In this document: in pieces, positions 52,076 to 64,000 of the stretch | Position numbering within the stretch: position 1 is the stretch's first letter | Layout of the letters: each line of letters starts with the position of its first letter | Origin: Isurus oxyrinchus | Lineage: Eukaryota | Direction of reading: 5' to 3' | Length of the DNA stretch: 64,000 bases | NCBI GenBank assembly: GCA_026770705.1 | Contig: JANJGN010000146.1 | Location: 930,001-994,000, forward strand | Made by a program: the position numbers and the translations under genes | The notes under the pieces: generated by a model | Databases searched by the model: none | Told to the model about the DNA's origin: nothing | Seen by the model: the letters and a program-made list of their open reading frames with translations, nothing else

Positions 52076-55000
52076 GACTCGTTTCTCATGATGATGAAGA
52101 AGAAGATGAAGATGATATTGCTGATCTAACTGGTTTGCTCTCCGGAGGTCCGGCAAAGACTGTGTATGTCGAATGCCTCCCTCCCCGCCCCCACCATTCC
52201 GCACCCCCCCCCCAACCCCGCCACCACAGCGCCCCCCTCCCCTCCTTTCCGGCTCCGTGCTGTAATGAGACTGGTGAATCTGGTTGCACCAATCTATGGC
52301 AGAGCTACCCAGCCCCAGTTAGGTGGACCAAAACTGAGCACAGTTCTCCAAATGTGTTGTTAGCAAAATCTTATATATTTGCAGCAAAGCTTCGTTACAC
52401 TCCTTATCCAAACCTCTTGCGACGGCTTCACAAACACTGTTGATTAGTCTTTGTTATTAACCAGTTTGAACTGAGAAAAAAAAACATAAAGACGTTGTTC
52501 TCCTGCATATTTTTGGCTTTTCCCTTTCTCTCTGTACGTATTTAATTCGAAGACTGACAGAGAGCTATAGATACAAAATGGCAACTGAAAAAAACACTAT
52601 GTTCCTCCGAGTACTGAATTAAAAGTGAGGGATGGATTTAGTCTTCATTGTATTGAATCGGAGCTAATCCATTGCACAGCTATGAATTCCATGTCAGAGC
52701 AATAATCGATCAAGAAACAACCCTGGCCTAATTAAGCAGAGCAAGAGCGAGAATATTCATCACACAGAGAGATCAAGGCGAGCAAATGAGAAAAAAAAGA
52801 GCTAAGGATAGAGACAGAGTCAAATAGACAGAGATAAATTGAAGGAGAGTCCTAGACAAAGGAAAGGGAAACAGGCATAGAAACTGACAATTAATGGAAA
52901 GAAGCTGTACATTCATTTCACAATTCCATCTCATTATTCATTCATAGTTACTGGGAGACAGCACCTTCTGAAATTATATAAAGTCCTTCAATAGTTCAGA
53001 GTGTCCCAGGTTGCTTAACGACAAGGGCGTATCTAGTGAAGTATAGTCACTCCTTTAATCTAGTGATAGAGTTAGAGGAAAATACAGAATCTGTTTAAAT
53101 AACATCTTAAGAAAGAGATATAAACGTGATTTTTTCTTTCCATCTATTTACGATGCTTGATGAAGATCCAGGAAATGTAAAGGTCTTTTGAATTTTCAAC
53201 TTCTGCTCTGTTAAAATTTCACTCATACAGCATGAAATTCACAGAAATTTGGAACAAAGAATCAGGCCTCTAAACATTCTCCAATCAATAAGATGTTTAA
53301 TTTTTTTATGTTCTAAAAGCGCAAGGAGAAGTTAAGGAAGTTAAACAATTATAATGAAATCCTTTGAATGATTATAACTGCTGCAAGCTGGAGGGGTCGT
53401 TGGATACCCGCTTCTTAGTTTATTGTCAGAGAAACCAACGGATCTATGATCAAAGGTAATTAACAGCTCTCAGTTACTCTCAGGCAGCATAAATCATGCT
53501 TCCTGCTCCAGTGAATCTTGTCATCTGCTACTTGATGACATAGTTTAACCGTAGACCGCAAAACGTTAAACGAAAACTTATGTGTCACATTCCCACCTCC
53601 TTGCATAGGAAGAACCAGATTAAAATAACCTGGCATCAAGGCGGAGATAAACAGACTCTTGGTCAAAAAAAAATGTTGAAGATCTGAACTATAATAACAC
53701 AGGCAGGCATGTGCACAGATACTTGTCAAAGAGGCTACACAAACAAACACACACACGTACACACATAGGCGCGCTTGCACACACGCAAACACGCACGTAC
53801 CCACACAACCACATGCATTTCGACATCAACACGTATGTATCTGTATATATTTTATGTCGTTTTAAATGGAAATAGAGGCGGACAAACTGCAAGAACATTG
53901 GCTGCTATTTTGACTTATTTTATTAATGCACAGTCTATCAAAATGGAGAACCCAACAACACTGTCAGGGTGCAAGGAGGAGGGGAGTAAACATTGCTCAT
54001 ACACCCGTGATACCACCACCACCGTGTATCGCTAGTGGTGGCGCTGCAGTTGTTCCCTCAAACAGTTCAGGTTCATATTCACTTAACAAACGTTTACATT
54101 CAAGCAGTTACCAAGACCATAAGGATCCCCAAACACAGGCTTTTATGCCTAACATTTCAGAAGGCACACACAACAGTATTAAGTTGATTTTTTATATACC
54201 GCTTGGTGATGAATATCAAGGTCACATGCTCAACGACTATCTATTACTCTTTGGTCCAGTGACTGATCAGTTACCAGTCACATCTGTGTCCACAATTAGC
54301 TACACGTGACGGCTGGCTAAGTTAGTTAAATAGAAGATACCAGTACAGGCATGAACAAGGAGCAATGGATGGTGAGGGAAATCCTCAATTTACATAATTT
54401 AAAAATGCTTGCAAATCTCCAGACTCTGAACAGCATCTTTCAACTCATGTCACTCAAAAATAAATAGAGTAAACTGGATAGATTCTAGAATAATTTTAAT
54501 TCTAAACACCAATCGTTACTCTTCCAGGGGCTTGAAACTATTTTCGTGTTTGCAAATTTGATGCCAATTCAGTTTCTTTCTGGAAGCTATTGTAATATTT
54601 TCGATAAGCAACCAATTGAGGTCCGAAATTGCTCTAAGACTTCGATAGCTCAAACTATGTGACACAATAGTGACCTAACAGCACAGGAAGGACTTCAAAT
54701 TCCCATGAGTCAATTTTCAAAACGTTCTATATCCTCTTTTTCTAGAGTCATATAATGATGTAAATTATAGATCAGGCATTTTTTTCTCTCTAAGAGATAT
54801 TCTGAAAAAATATATCTATATATTCCAGTGCCCTCCCCCCATTACTCAAGGACGTTCGTGTCTCATTGTGAAGGGCAACTATGCACAGCCCATCTCAGAG
54901 CTGGAACAGGTGCATGATATCCCTTTCGCAGTGAAATTTGCTGGTTGAAATCCCACAGAAACGCCAAACAGATATTTGACCTCTTAACAATGTGAATACT

Positions 55001-55527
55001 CTAGTGCATAAGCAGAAAGTAACGCCTGGCCACAGCCCGGACTGTTGCATGTCCACTCTTTGATATCGCTGTGTCAATGAGTCACCAAGTGAAATGGAAG
55101 ATTGAAGTCATTGGGAGTGGGTAACAGCTACTCACCGGTGTGGTTGTATGTATGAGACAGTATTGAGGAGGGGCAGTAGATCTCTTCTTGCTCTTACTGT
55201 ACCTGAATGCAATTATGCCTTCATTGGTGGAACGTGTGAGTGAACTTGGATCTAAATGGTGATTAAGCAATTAAGCCGCATCGCTTGGTCTGCATAGAGC
55301 CACTAGAACCTCAGCAGGTTGGACAGTAGGTGAATTCTCTCCTGCACACATGGCAGGCTAATTACACAGCCCAGGTGTGGACTTATAGGTTTCTCAGCAG
55401 GTTATGAATTCTGAACCCATTTCCAAAGCAAAATGGACTCAAATTAAACTCTCAATTCTCCATCACGCTATAGAGAGTGCAGTTTATGATGAAAGAGATG
55501 GGGGTTTTACCAATGGCCACTAGGTCA

Positions 55528-56420
55528 AAGGGAGGAGTTTTGTCCTCATCGGGCGGACACAGAGAGGTGGACAGGAGCTTTCCGGAACGCGACTGCCAGC
55601 CCGTGATCAGGGCCGAAAAGCGATTTCACGCTGGCTGGTCAATTAAGGGCCACCCCGCGTGAAACTCAGCTGGTGACAGGTTGGAGGGGCCGAGCGGGAA
55701 TGGGAGCCTCTCGGCCGGCGGGTCCAATGGCGATCCGGCCGCCAGTTTGAAAACGGCCCAGGCAGCCCCAGGAAGGCTGCTGGAGAATGACGTCTGTCTG
55801 CTGTTGCAAAGATAGACTCCTGTGCGGCAGCAAACACCAGGCGGGAGGGCATGTTGTTTGGGCATTCGGCCCCCAGTTATACTGAGGTGTGCCTCGCTGA
55901 CCTCATGGAGGGCGTGGCTGCCAGAAGGGACACCCTTGTCCGAAGAGATGGAAGGAGGACGCCTTCCAAACCTCACAAAGAAGCATTGGGAGGAAGTGGC
56001 AGCCTCGGTGAACAGCCATAATGCACACCTGGGTGCAGTGCTAGAGGCGTTTGATTGACCTGCTACACTCGGAAAAGGTGATTGCTGTGTTGGCATCAGT
56101 CAGTGTGTGGAATTGTTTTGAACTAGCCGCCCTCCCCATGCAGTTCAGCGTGTCAGAACCTGAGTCCTAACTGTCAATCACTCCGGCTCTGGCCAAGTTG
56201 CTGAGCTTTGGCTGCTTTGACTGAGTGCCATGCGAATCACCGGCCATGATATGGATGTGGCCTGCAAGGCGCCCCAATGCTGGGGTTCGTCAGGCTGTAA
56301 TGGTGCTGCATGTTGGATGTGGACTAATGAATGCTCCTCTGTGCTTTCAGGAGAAGGCAGCCCGTAACAACATTGAGAGGCCACGGACTGGCGGAGCACC
56401 CCCACACCTTTCAACATCGC
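55528..56420 (+). mobile_element. Harbinger/PIF transposon remnant (Myb/SANT-like gene relic)
   Basis: APSYTEVCLADLMEGVAARRDTL..TKKHWEEVAASVNS..TWVQC*RR..DL..K|gt, intron, then ttcag|EKAARNNIERPRTGGAPP. Frameshifted. Confidence 0.78.
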
Positions 56421-58055
56421 TGTCTCTGGCAATGTTGCAGCCTCCAGCCAGGTCTCCCCTTGCTGTGATCATCTCCGACTATGGAGGGTTGTATCTATAA
56501 ATCATTCCTCCTCTGCTCCCTTAGCTTGGCCATACCAGACATTTAAATCAGGGTTGAAAAAACCCTGAAGATGACAAAAGTTTTAATTCTTTAAGCAAAC
56601 ACTCAGAATTTGAACCGAATTCTGATGACAAATACGTTTCCTTCACTCCACCTTGTTCTAAAATCTCAACTGAGCTTCAGTGATCCTCAAGTGATACATA
56701 AGGTCTGTTACCACTTAGAAATGCAATTTAACTACCGGTTAGCTCCAAAACTTACCTTAATCTTGGGAAACTACGTAACAAGCTTTTTATTTACTGGAAT
56801 AACTTCAAAGGTCCTGCCTCCTTGTCCTTAGCTAATTAAAAGCGCCCACATTATCATGATCTTGTAATTTTAGCTGTGAGCCTCTTAAGTCAACATGGCT
56901 CCAAACTTTTAAGAATAATAAACTTCAAAGTTGGTTAAATTGCATTTAATGTACGGCTGCTTTTACCAGTTTTTGCCACCAGATATCCCCACTGCCTACA
57001 GCTAAATCTTTAATTCCTAAAACTAACAATTGGATTGAAAATCAGCTGAATTATGACACTAGCCATGGGTAACAGAAGGTGAATTTTTCACCGCAGTATC
57101 AGGTACAAATTTACTATTAAACTGGTATACCAGTTCCAAAGTCACAGTTAGACCGGGGCATCAGGTACATGTTCACGTTCAAATTGGGGTATCCGGTACA
57201 AAGCCACTGTTAGACTGAATTATCAGTTAGAATAGCACTGATAGACTGGAATGTCATGTACATGGTCAATGTAAGATCGGGATATCAGTTACAACTTCAC
57301 TGTTGTACTCGATTATCAGTTACGGTGAAGTTTCGGGTGCAAGGCGAATAGGATACCATATTTCAATTCCATGGTCACCGTTTGACAACAGTATCTGTAG
57401 GAAGCCCACTGATGGACCTATGCATAATTCAAATGAGCACTGTATGACCAGGTACTAGTTGCATGGTCACTGTAAGTCCGTGGTGTCAGGTACAAAGTCA
57501 TTTTAGATTGTGTAGTGTCATTCACATGGACACTAATATTCCATGGATTTCAATTACAGGGTTTAGTTACAACGGGGCATCATTTTCCAGGTCAGCTTTA
57601 AAGTTAAACTCTCATCATTTCCATGGTAATTGTTGATCCATAGCATCAGTTTTACGTTTACTGTTAAACCAAGCAGTTTCAAATCATCAGTCTATAATTT
57701 CCCTTTCTGATCACTAGACAATGATCAACTATGCATCCTTTTGGACAGTTACTGCTTCTGTCCATACTCTGGCACTTGTGTTCACCCCCTGAGAAATTAA
57801 TTGAAACCATGAAATTGTTTGGCAGCATTTTATCTCCGGAATAATCAAAGCTCTGGATTTGAGTCTGTTTTTCTTTTCTTATCTGTGCTGCAAGCCTGCA
57901 GAATTCCATAACCTGTTTATCACAAAAGTGGCTGACGTCACGTGCTTGCTTTGAATAAATTATCTTGACAGGAATGCCATGTAGTTTTTAGTATATTTTT
58001 TCCATACAAAGTGATGGGATGAAAGGGTTAAGGCATCTTGTTTGTTAAGTGACTG

Positions 58056-58117
58056 TAATTAATGCCAGCCAGTGTATTGTTTAATTGAATCACCAGGACT
58101 CTCCTCCGCCTATATCT
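58056..58117 (+). promoter_or_regulatory. Gene 4 proximal promoter module HD-18-HD-2-O/E-11-TATA
   Basis: TAATTAAT (58056-63), 18 nt, TAATTG (58082-87), aa, TCACCAGGAC (58090-99), 11 nt, TATATCT (58111-17). Upstream: CRE+E-box TGACGTCACGTG (57933-44) and CCCCCTGAGAAATTAATTG (57785-57803). Confidence 0.65.
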
Positions 58118-58207
58118 AGGCAATGTTTTCAATGTGTATATCAGTGTTTGACAGAGTGTGGTCGCCAGTATAAACAGCGATCATTGGATCTCACAGCAAA
58201 TGAGATC

Positions 58208-58304
58208 ATGTTCTTTGAAATTCCAACTGAACTTCGGATTGTCTGGGTGATTTATGATTTGCAAAGGATTTACTATCCGCTCCTCGCTGCTGTTGGCATT
58301 CCTG
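58208..58304 (+). CDS. GPR139-like GPCR gene 4, exon 1
   Basis: 97-nt phase-1 exon MFFEIPTELRIVWVIYDLQRIYYPLLAAVGIP G|gtgagt. Confidence 0.9.
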
Positions 58305-61049
58305 GTGAGTGATTATTTTAGAAACTTATTTTATAAAACATCTTTCACCATGTTTGTTGTCCTTGCCCTTAACGTAAGTTAATTAATTTTATTCTCTGTA
58401 ATTCTTGTGTCCTGTGACATGTAATGCCCTGTGCTTCTGTGAAGTAGCATTTCAGCAGTTGCTGATTCACTGTTCACAGTTCATTGGACCGTTTGTATAT
58501 CTCAAGACTTGCTTCAAATGATTTTTTTCTTCAGAATTTGGCTGGTATAATATTTTATGCAATAAATATTAGTGATGAATTATAGCTATTGAACAGCTGC
58601 AGTCTGCTGTTTAAACTGAACCCCAATATCTGAGCAGAATATGTTGCGCAGGTATTGGTTTTGCAGTGCGATGCAGATAGTAATTTGCACTGATCTGCGG
58701 AAATTAGGGCAGACAGGAACGAGGGAAGATCTCACATAATAATTCAGCTCCAGGCAAATTCCATTCCACCATCTCCCGCTTTGCCTAACAATAACCAAAT
58801 TTAGATATTTAGGAGAGAATTTAAAATGTAATAATTGTTCAACAATATTTGCTCCCCTCACCAACAATTGGCTCCGTTCCCATTTCTGTCCACAGACTTA
58901 ATTTCCTTCCCTTGTCTCTGCATGACGTTATTTAGAGCTGCAAATCATTATCCCCCTCTCAAAGTTTTTTTTTCAAAATGTGTCCTTGGGAAATGGATGC
59001 TTGTGACAAACTTCCATTTATTACCCATCTGGAAGTGAGCTGAGAAGTTGGTGCTGAGTCTTCTTGCTGAACTGAAGTATTCCCTCTGCTGACTGTGCTC
59101 CTACCTGCTGTTAGGGAATTCCGGAACGCTGATGAAGGGAGATGTTACGGTTCCAAGTCAGGATGGTGCGTTAGAGAAGGTGAATCTCACGGCATTGCAC
59201 GCCTTCTGCATTTTGCTGTCCTGGTACGTGCTGTCGAAGTAGCCCCGGTGTGTTGTTGTAGTTGATTCTGTAGACATTCTTCCTGCATCCACAGAGGTGG
59301 AGGTGGAGAAATAGCAAGTTTAATGATGGACGGACACTGATGGAAAATCTATTCCATTATTGAAGGTGATTCTGCTTATTGGGTGTTGCTCTGATAACCA
59401 TACTGATGAGTAGTGAGCATTCCATTATGTTTCAGATGTGAGATTTCCAGGCGTTTGATTGGGTTGGTGGGAGGCATGGTGTAGGGTGTGGGTGGAGGGG
59501 TGGCTGCTGGTGGGGACTGGTTCACCGTACTCCCACCAAACTGCTGAACACCGAACTTCCTCATCATGTTCCTCAGTTGCTGATATAGTTAATAGTTCCA
59601 TCTGCTTAGCCACTGTTCTTTGCTGCTCCATTCTGTAGTCATTACCCCTGCCCTTGTAAATAAGCAACCTCTGTTGCCTCAGTCTTTGTAAGCAAACACT
59701 CCATCTCTAACCTCTCTTTCCTCTACAAATTCCTTGTCCCTGCTGCTACCCCCCACGTTTCTGCCCCATCTTCCAGGGACATCATGCTTAAATCTTTCTA
59801 ACCATTTTTCTACCTTATTACAACTCTTACACCGTCCTTAGCAAAGGCACAAATTATATCTTATGTGACTCTGCTAATGTCGAGCTGCCTCTCTTCCCTT
59901 TTGTCGACATGTCTGCAGCCTTTGGCATGGGTGACCACAATGAAGTATTAAGAGTTTCATGTTCTGAATTTCCTCCTAAATCCTTTGTCTTCGCCACAAA
60001 CTTATCATCCTTTAAGATAATTCTTAAAATGTGTTCTTTATTGTTATTCACCCTAAGCCAGCCTTCTTTGACCTGATCTCCATTTCGCTCTTGTGTAATT
60101 TCCCTCTATCTGCAGCTGGTGTCTGGAGTCCATTGCCGTGAAATTAATACTGACTATATCATTAACCGGAACTCCTGATGCCAACAGTGGTGAATATTGA
60201 AATGTCTGCCGCTCTGCATATCAGGACCGATCTGAAATCTTGATCCAGGAGCATGCATGGTAATTTCCCATGAACTTTAAACTTCAGATGGGCAGATTTG
60301 TATTGCCCAGGCCCCTCTAACAATGACTCCTATACTGACTTTAGTGTTGGACTGTTGTGCCTGTTGTGTGACAGATGCTTGGCGTAGTATTTTCCCGCTA
60401 TTAATTTCTAGCATGTGTCAGTGAATAACTTTCAAGCAAAGCCCATGCACGCCCAACCCCCACCTACAGAACTCCCACATTCATCCCACACACAACAGCC
60501 CACAACACCCCCAACTACTGACCCCAGAATATCTAATCTGACTCGATTGCCTTCCCCTCGATCCACTTGCACAGCTCTCACTAGCCATCGCCCGTCCATT
60601 CAACCCCCAACCGACTGCAAAGCACGTTAACTACTCACCCATCCCAATCCCAGCTGCTGACCACCCGCCATCTACGCACCTCGTACACAGCTCATCTCCC
60701 CCACCCCGCTACGTAGGCAAGAAAAACAAGCTGCAAGGGTGGAAAAAGATAGGGCTTTAATTACATTTACAATCAGCGCTGATTATCCGAGTATCACCAC
60801 CAAATGGGAGGCCAGGACCATTAATTTTATGAATTATCTGACATATTAATTTAAACACGCATCAAAGCCCTGTGTTAATATTGCACCAGAATCTTCAGTT
60901 TCCCTGAGATAATAACACAGACGAGTTTCATTCTATCCTCATCCAGCGTTTAAACAGGCGAGAAACTGGTAAAAATTGTAAATTTTCATAATTTGTGTGC
61001 TCGGGTACACAATCTAGAGAAAGCTAACATGCAATATGTGTTATTATTA

Positions 61050-62215
61050 TCCATTCATGGGAATTGGGCTTCGTTGGCTGGGCCAGAATTTATTACCCAT
61101 TACTAGTTGCCTTTGTGAAGGTGGTGCGGAGCTGCCTTCTTGAACTGCTACAGTCTTCGGGGTGTAGGCGCACCCAGAGTGCTGTTCTGAAGGGAATTCC
61201 AGGATTTTGGCCCAGAGACAGTGAAGGAACGGTGATATATTTCCAGGTCAAAATCGTGAGTGACTTGAAGGGGAACTTCCGTTTGGTGGTGTTCACATCT
61301 GTCTGCTCCCCTTCTCCTTCTAGATGGTAGTGGTCGGGGTTTGAACGTGCAGCTGAAAGAGCCTTGATGAGTTCCTGCAGTTCATCTTGTAGGTGGCACC
61401 CACTGGTGCTACTATGCAACAGTGGTGGAGTGTGTAAATATTTTTGGATGTGCTACCAATCCAGCGAGGTGCATTGCCCTGAATGGTGCCAAGCTTCTTG
61501 AGCGTTCTGGGAGCTGCGTCCATCCAAGCAAGCGAGGAGCATTCCACTACACTCCTGACTTGTGCCTTGCAGATGGTGGACTGGCTTTGGCGGTGAGGAG
61601 GTGAGTTACACGTCGCACTATTCCTTGCCTCTAATCTGCTCTTGTAGCCATTGTATTTATATGGCTTGTTCAGTTCCGTTTCTGGTCAATAGTAAACCCC
61701 AGGATTTGATAGTGGGGGATTCAGTGATGTTAATGCCATTGAATGACAAAGGGCGATGGCTGGGTTCTCCCTTGTTGGAGATGGTCATTGCCTGACACTT
61801 GAGCGGTGCACAAGATACTTGCCACATGTCAGCGCAAGCCTGGTAATTGTCCAGCTCTTGCTGCATTTGAGCATGGGCTACTTCAGTACCTGAGGAGTCG
61901 TTAATGGCACTGAACATTGTGAAATCAGTAGCGAACATCCCACTTCTGACTATGTGATGGAAGGAAGGTCATTGATGAAGCAGCAGAAGATGGTTTGGCC
62001 CAGGACAGTACCCTGAAGGAATGCTGCAGTGAAGTCCTAGCGCTGAGATGATCGACCCCCAACAAACACAACCATCATCCTTTCTGCTAGGTATGGTTCG
62101 AAGCAGCAGAGATTTCCCCCCTGATTCCCATTGACTCCAGGTTTGCTAGGGGCCCTTGATGTCACACTCTGCCAAATGTTGCCTTGATGTCAAGGGCAGC
62201 CGCTCTCACCTCCCC
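61050..62215 (-). mobile_element. LINE RT fragment in the gene 4 intron (paralogous to 3115-4260)
   Basis: ALDIKATFGRV and MECSSLAWMDAAPRTLKKLGTIQ fragments, at the same intronic position as in gene 1. Confidence 0.88.
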
Positions 62216-63571
62216 CCGGGAGTTCAGCAATTTTTTCCATGTTTGAAACAAAGCTGTAATGAGGTTAGGATACAGCAATATAGCAAGTGAATAGGATAAT
62301 AAATGGCATTCTTCCCTGTATTCGAGTAAGGAACTTTTGATAGAATTATGCATGCGATTGGTGAGAAAACATATCGATTAATGTGTACAGTTTTGGCCTT
62401 CTTGCCTAAGGAAAAATATACTTAAGTAATCAATCAATCAATCAAATTTGACATGCATCTTCTTAAATTTAGAGGATGTGCGATTATCTCATCGTGTCAT
62501 AGAAAATAATTTAGTGTCCTCATAGCATGGATGCTGAGAGAATGTTTCCCTTAGGTGGGGAGTCGAGAACTCGATCCCTGAGATAAGATGTTGGCCATTT
62601 GGAATTGAGATGAAGAGAATCTTCTTCACTCAGAAAGTGAAGAAACGTCGGAATTATCAACTCTAGAGGGCTGTTGGTCGGTAGATTTTTGTGCTCTAAG
62701 GCCATTAAGATAAATGTTGATAGTTTTGGATAGTAGAAGTCGAAGAACGGCCATGGGCTTAGTGAACATTAGAGTTGACCAAAGGGAAATATGGCTTGCT
62801 CTTGCTCCTAGTTCTTGTATTCTGATGTAACAACTTCATTTCCCAACCATTGGCCCATTTAATTCCTGTCCCAAAACACAGACATTAGATCCATTGGTAA
62901 ATTCTCTCCTGCTAGCCAGCCTGAATTATGGGTGCTGCCACTCTCTGCTGTTCCTTCGTGTTGGCCAGAATCCAACTCTGATTCAATCTCTAATTTATTT
63001 TCTTCAGTCTAGCGATCCATTTACCTCCCTGTTCTTTATTTCTTTTCGAGAGTCTATTTGTTACTGGGATACAGTCTAAGCATTCATTGTGCCTTTTGGC
63101 AAAGGCAATAATTATCAGGAAGGCACATTTGGACATCCTGATTTGAAATACAATTTCTGAATTCAAATCTGTATTTACTTCTTTACACAACCTTAATGTT
63201 CCACTCAAATGTCTTCTCAAAAATAAATGAACCATTTTCCTTCAGTACAAATCATAGCCCAACATATCGTTGTGACGCAGTTTGCAGCATGTTCATGGGA
63301 TATTGAGCAGGACTAGTAATGGGGTGAGTGATTTTCACTCCGAATTCCATGAATAATTTAGGGAAGTGGCGATGGGACCTGCTGCAGGATTTGGTTTCCT
63401 GCTACAACAGGATGGTGTTTAACTTGAAACACTCCCTCCAGCGTAAAGCTCAAACACTGGTAAAGTAATTAGATTCTGACCTTGGATAACTCTGTTCAAA
63501 TGTCACTCCATCAGTCTGTAACAGTCGCTCTAAGTTAAACAATAACTATCCTGCCTTTCTCTTCCTTACAG

Positions 63572-64000
63572 TGAACATACTGACTATTGTGACCCTGTCT
63601 CGGGGAAGGTGCGGTCTCTCAAAATGTGTTTCCCTTTACCTGGTGTCCATGGCAACCGCGGATCTACTGGTCGTTATCCTTGATCTCATATTCAGGCAAA
63701 TTGCTATTCTTTACTGGGCTCAGTTTCAGTTCATGTGGAGGTTTAAAGTGTGTAATATCCATGCAGTCCTGCTTTATGCAGCCACAGATTGTTCTGTCTG
63801 GTTCACAGTCTCTTTCACCTTTGATAGATTTCTGGCTATTGGTTCCCAGAAGTTGAAAACAAAATATTGCACCCAGCATACGGCGGCTGTGGTTCTCGGA
63901 ACAGTCAGTCTGCTATTCTGTGTGAAGGATACATTCTGGTACTTTATGTATGTAGGTCAATATTCACTTTCCAATGCTCCTTGGTTTTGCACATTAGTGA
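63572..64000 (+). CDS. GPR139-like GPCR gene 4, exon 2 (partial, open to the window end)
   Basis: ccttacag|TG AAC ATA. NILTIVTLSRGRCGLSKCVSLYLVSMATADLL..CNIHAVLLYAATDCSVWFTVSFTFDRFLAI..NAPWFCTLV, with no stop within the window. Confidence 0.9.

Larger units (their letters stand above)
56570..64000. repeat. Right arm of inverted segmental duplication (partner 1279-8815); runs off the window
   Basis: See left arm. Confidence 0.93.

Overview
Vertebrate genomic DNA, almost certainly from a cartilaginous fish (inferred from the repeat families and the GPCR family). The window holds four two-exon GPR139/GPR142-like class A GPCR genes from two subfamilies: a minus-strand pseudogene at 830-7095, intact genes at 15816-18956 (+) and 33031-35257 (-), and a gene at 58208->64000 (+) that is open up to the window edge. 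Three minus-strand T-cell receptor alpha/delta-type V segments with 23-type RSS lie between GPCR genes 3 and 4 (42-51 kb); one is an open reading frame and two are pseudogenes. The two outer GPCR genes are the arms of an inverted duplication of at least 7.4 kb. The strongest unexplained signal is that all four GPCR promoters share the same rigid spacing: homeodomain site - 18 bp - homeodomain site - 2 bp - O/E(EBF)-like site - 11/12 bp - TATA, while the spacers have diverged between subfamilies. This resembles olfactory-receptor promoter grammar. Together with the interleaving among TCR V segments (where mammals have OR genes), it suggests this family is a candidate shark chemoreceptor repertoire. 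That last step is inference. The rest of the window is LINE, SINE, Penelope (with hammerhead motifs), Harbinger and probable DIRS relics, a C2H2 zinc-finger relic, minisatellites and older local duplications. All alignments and identities were judged by eye.
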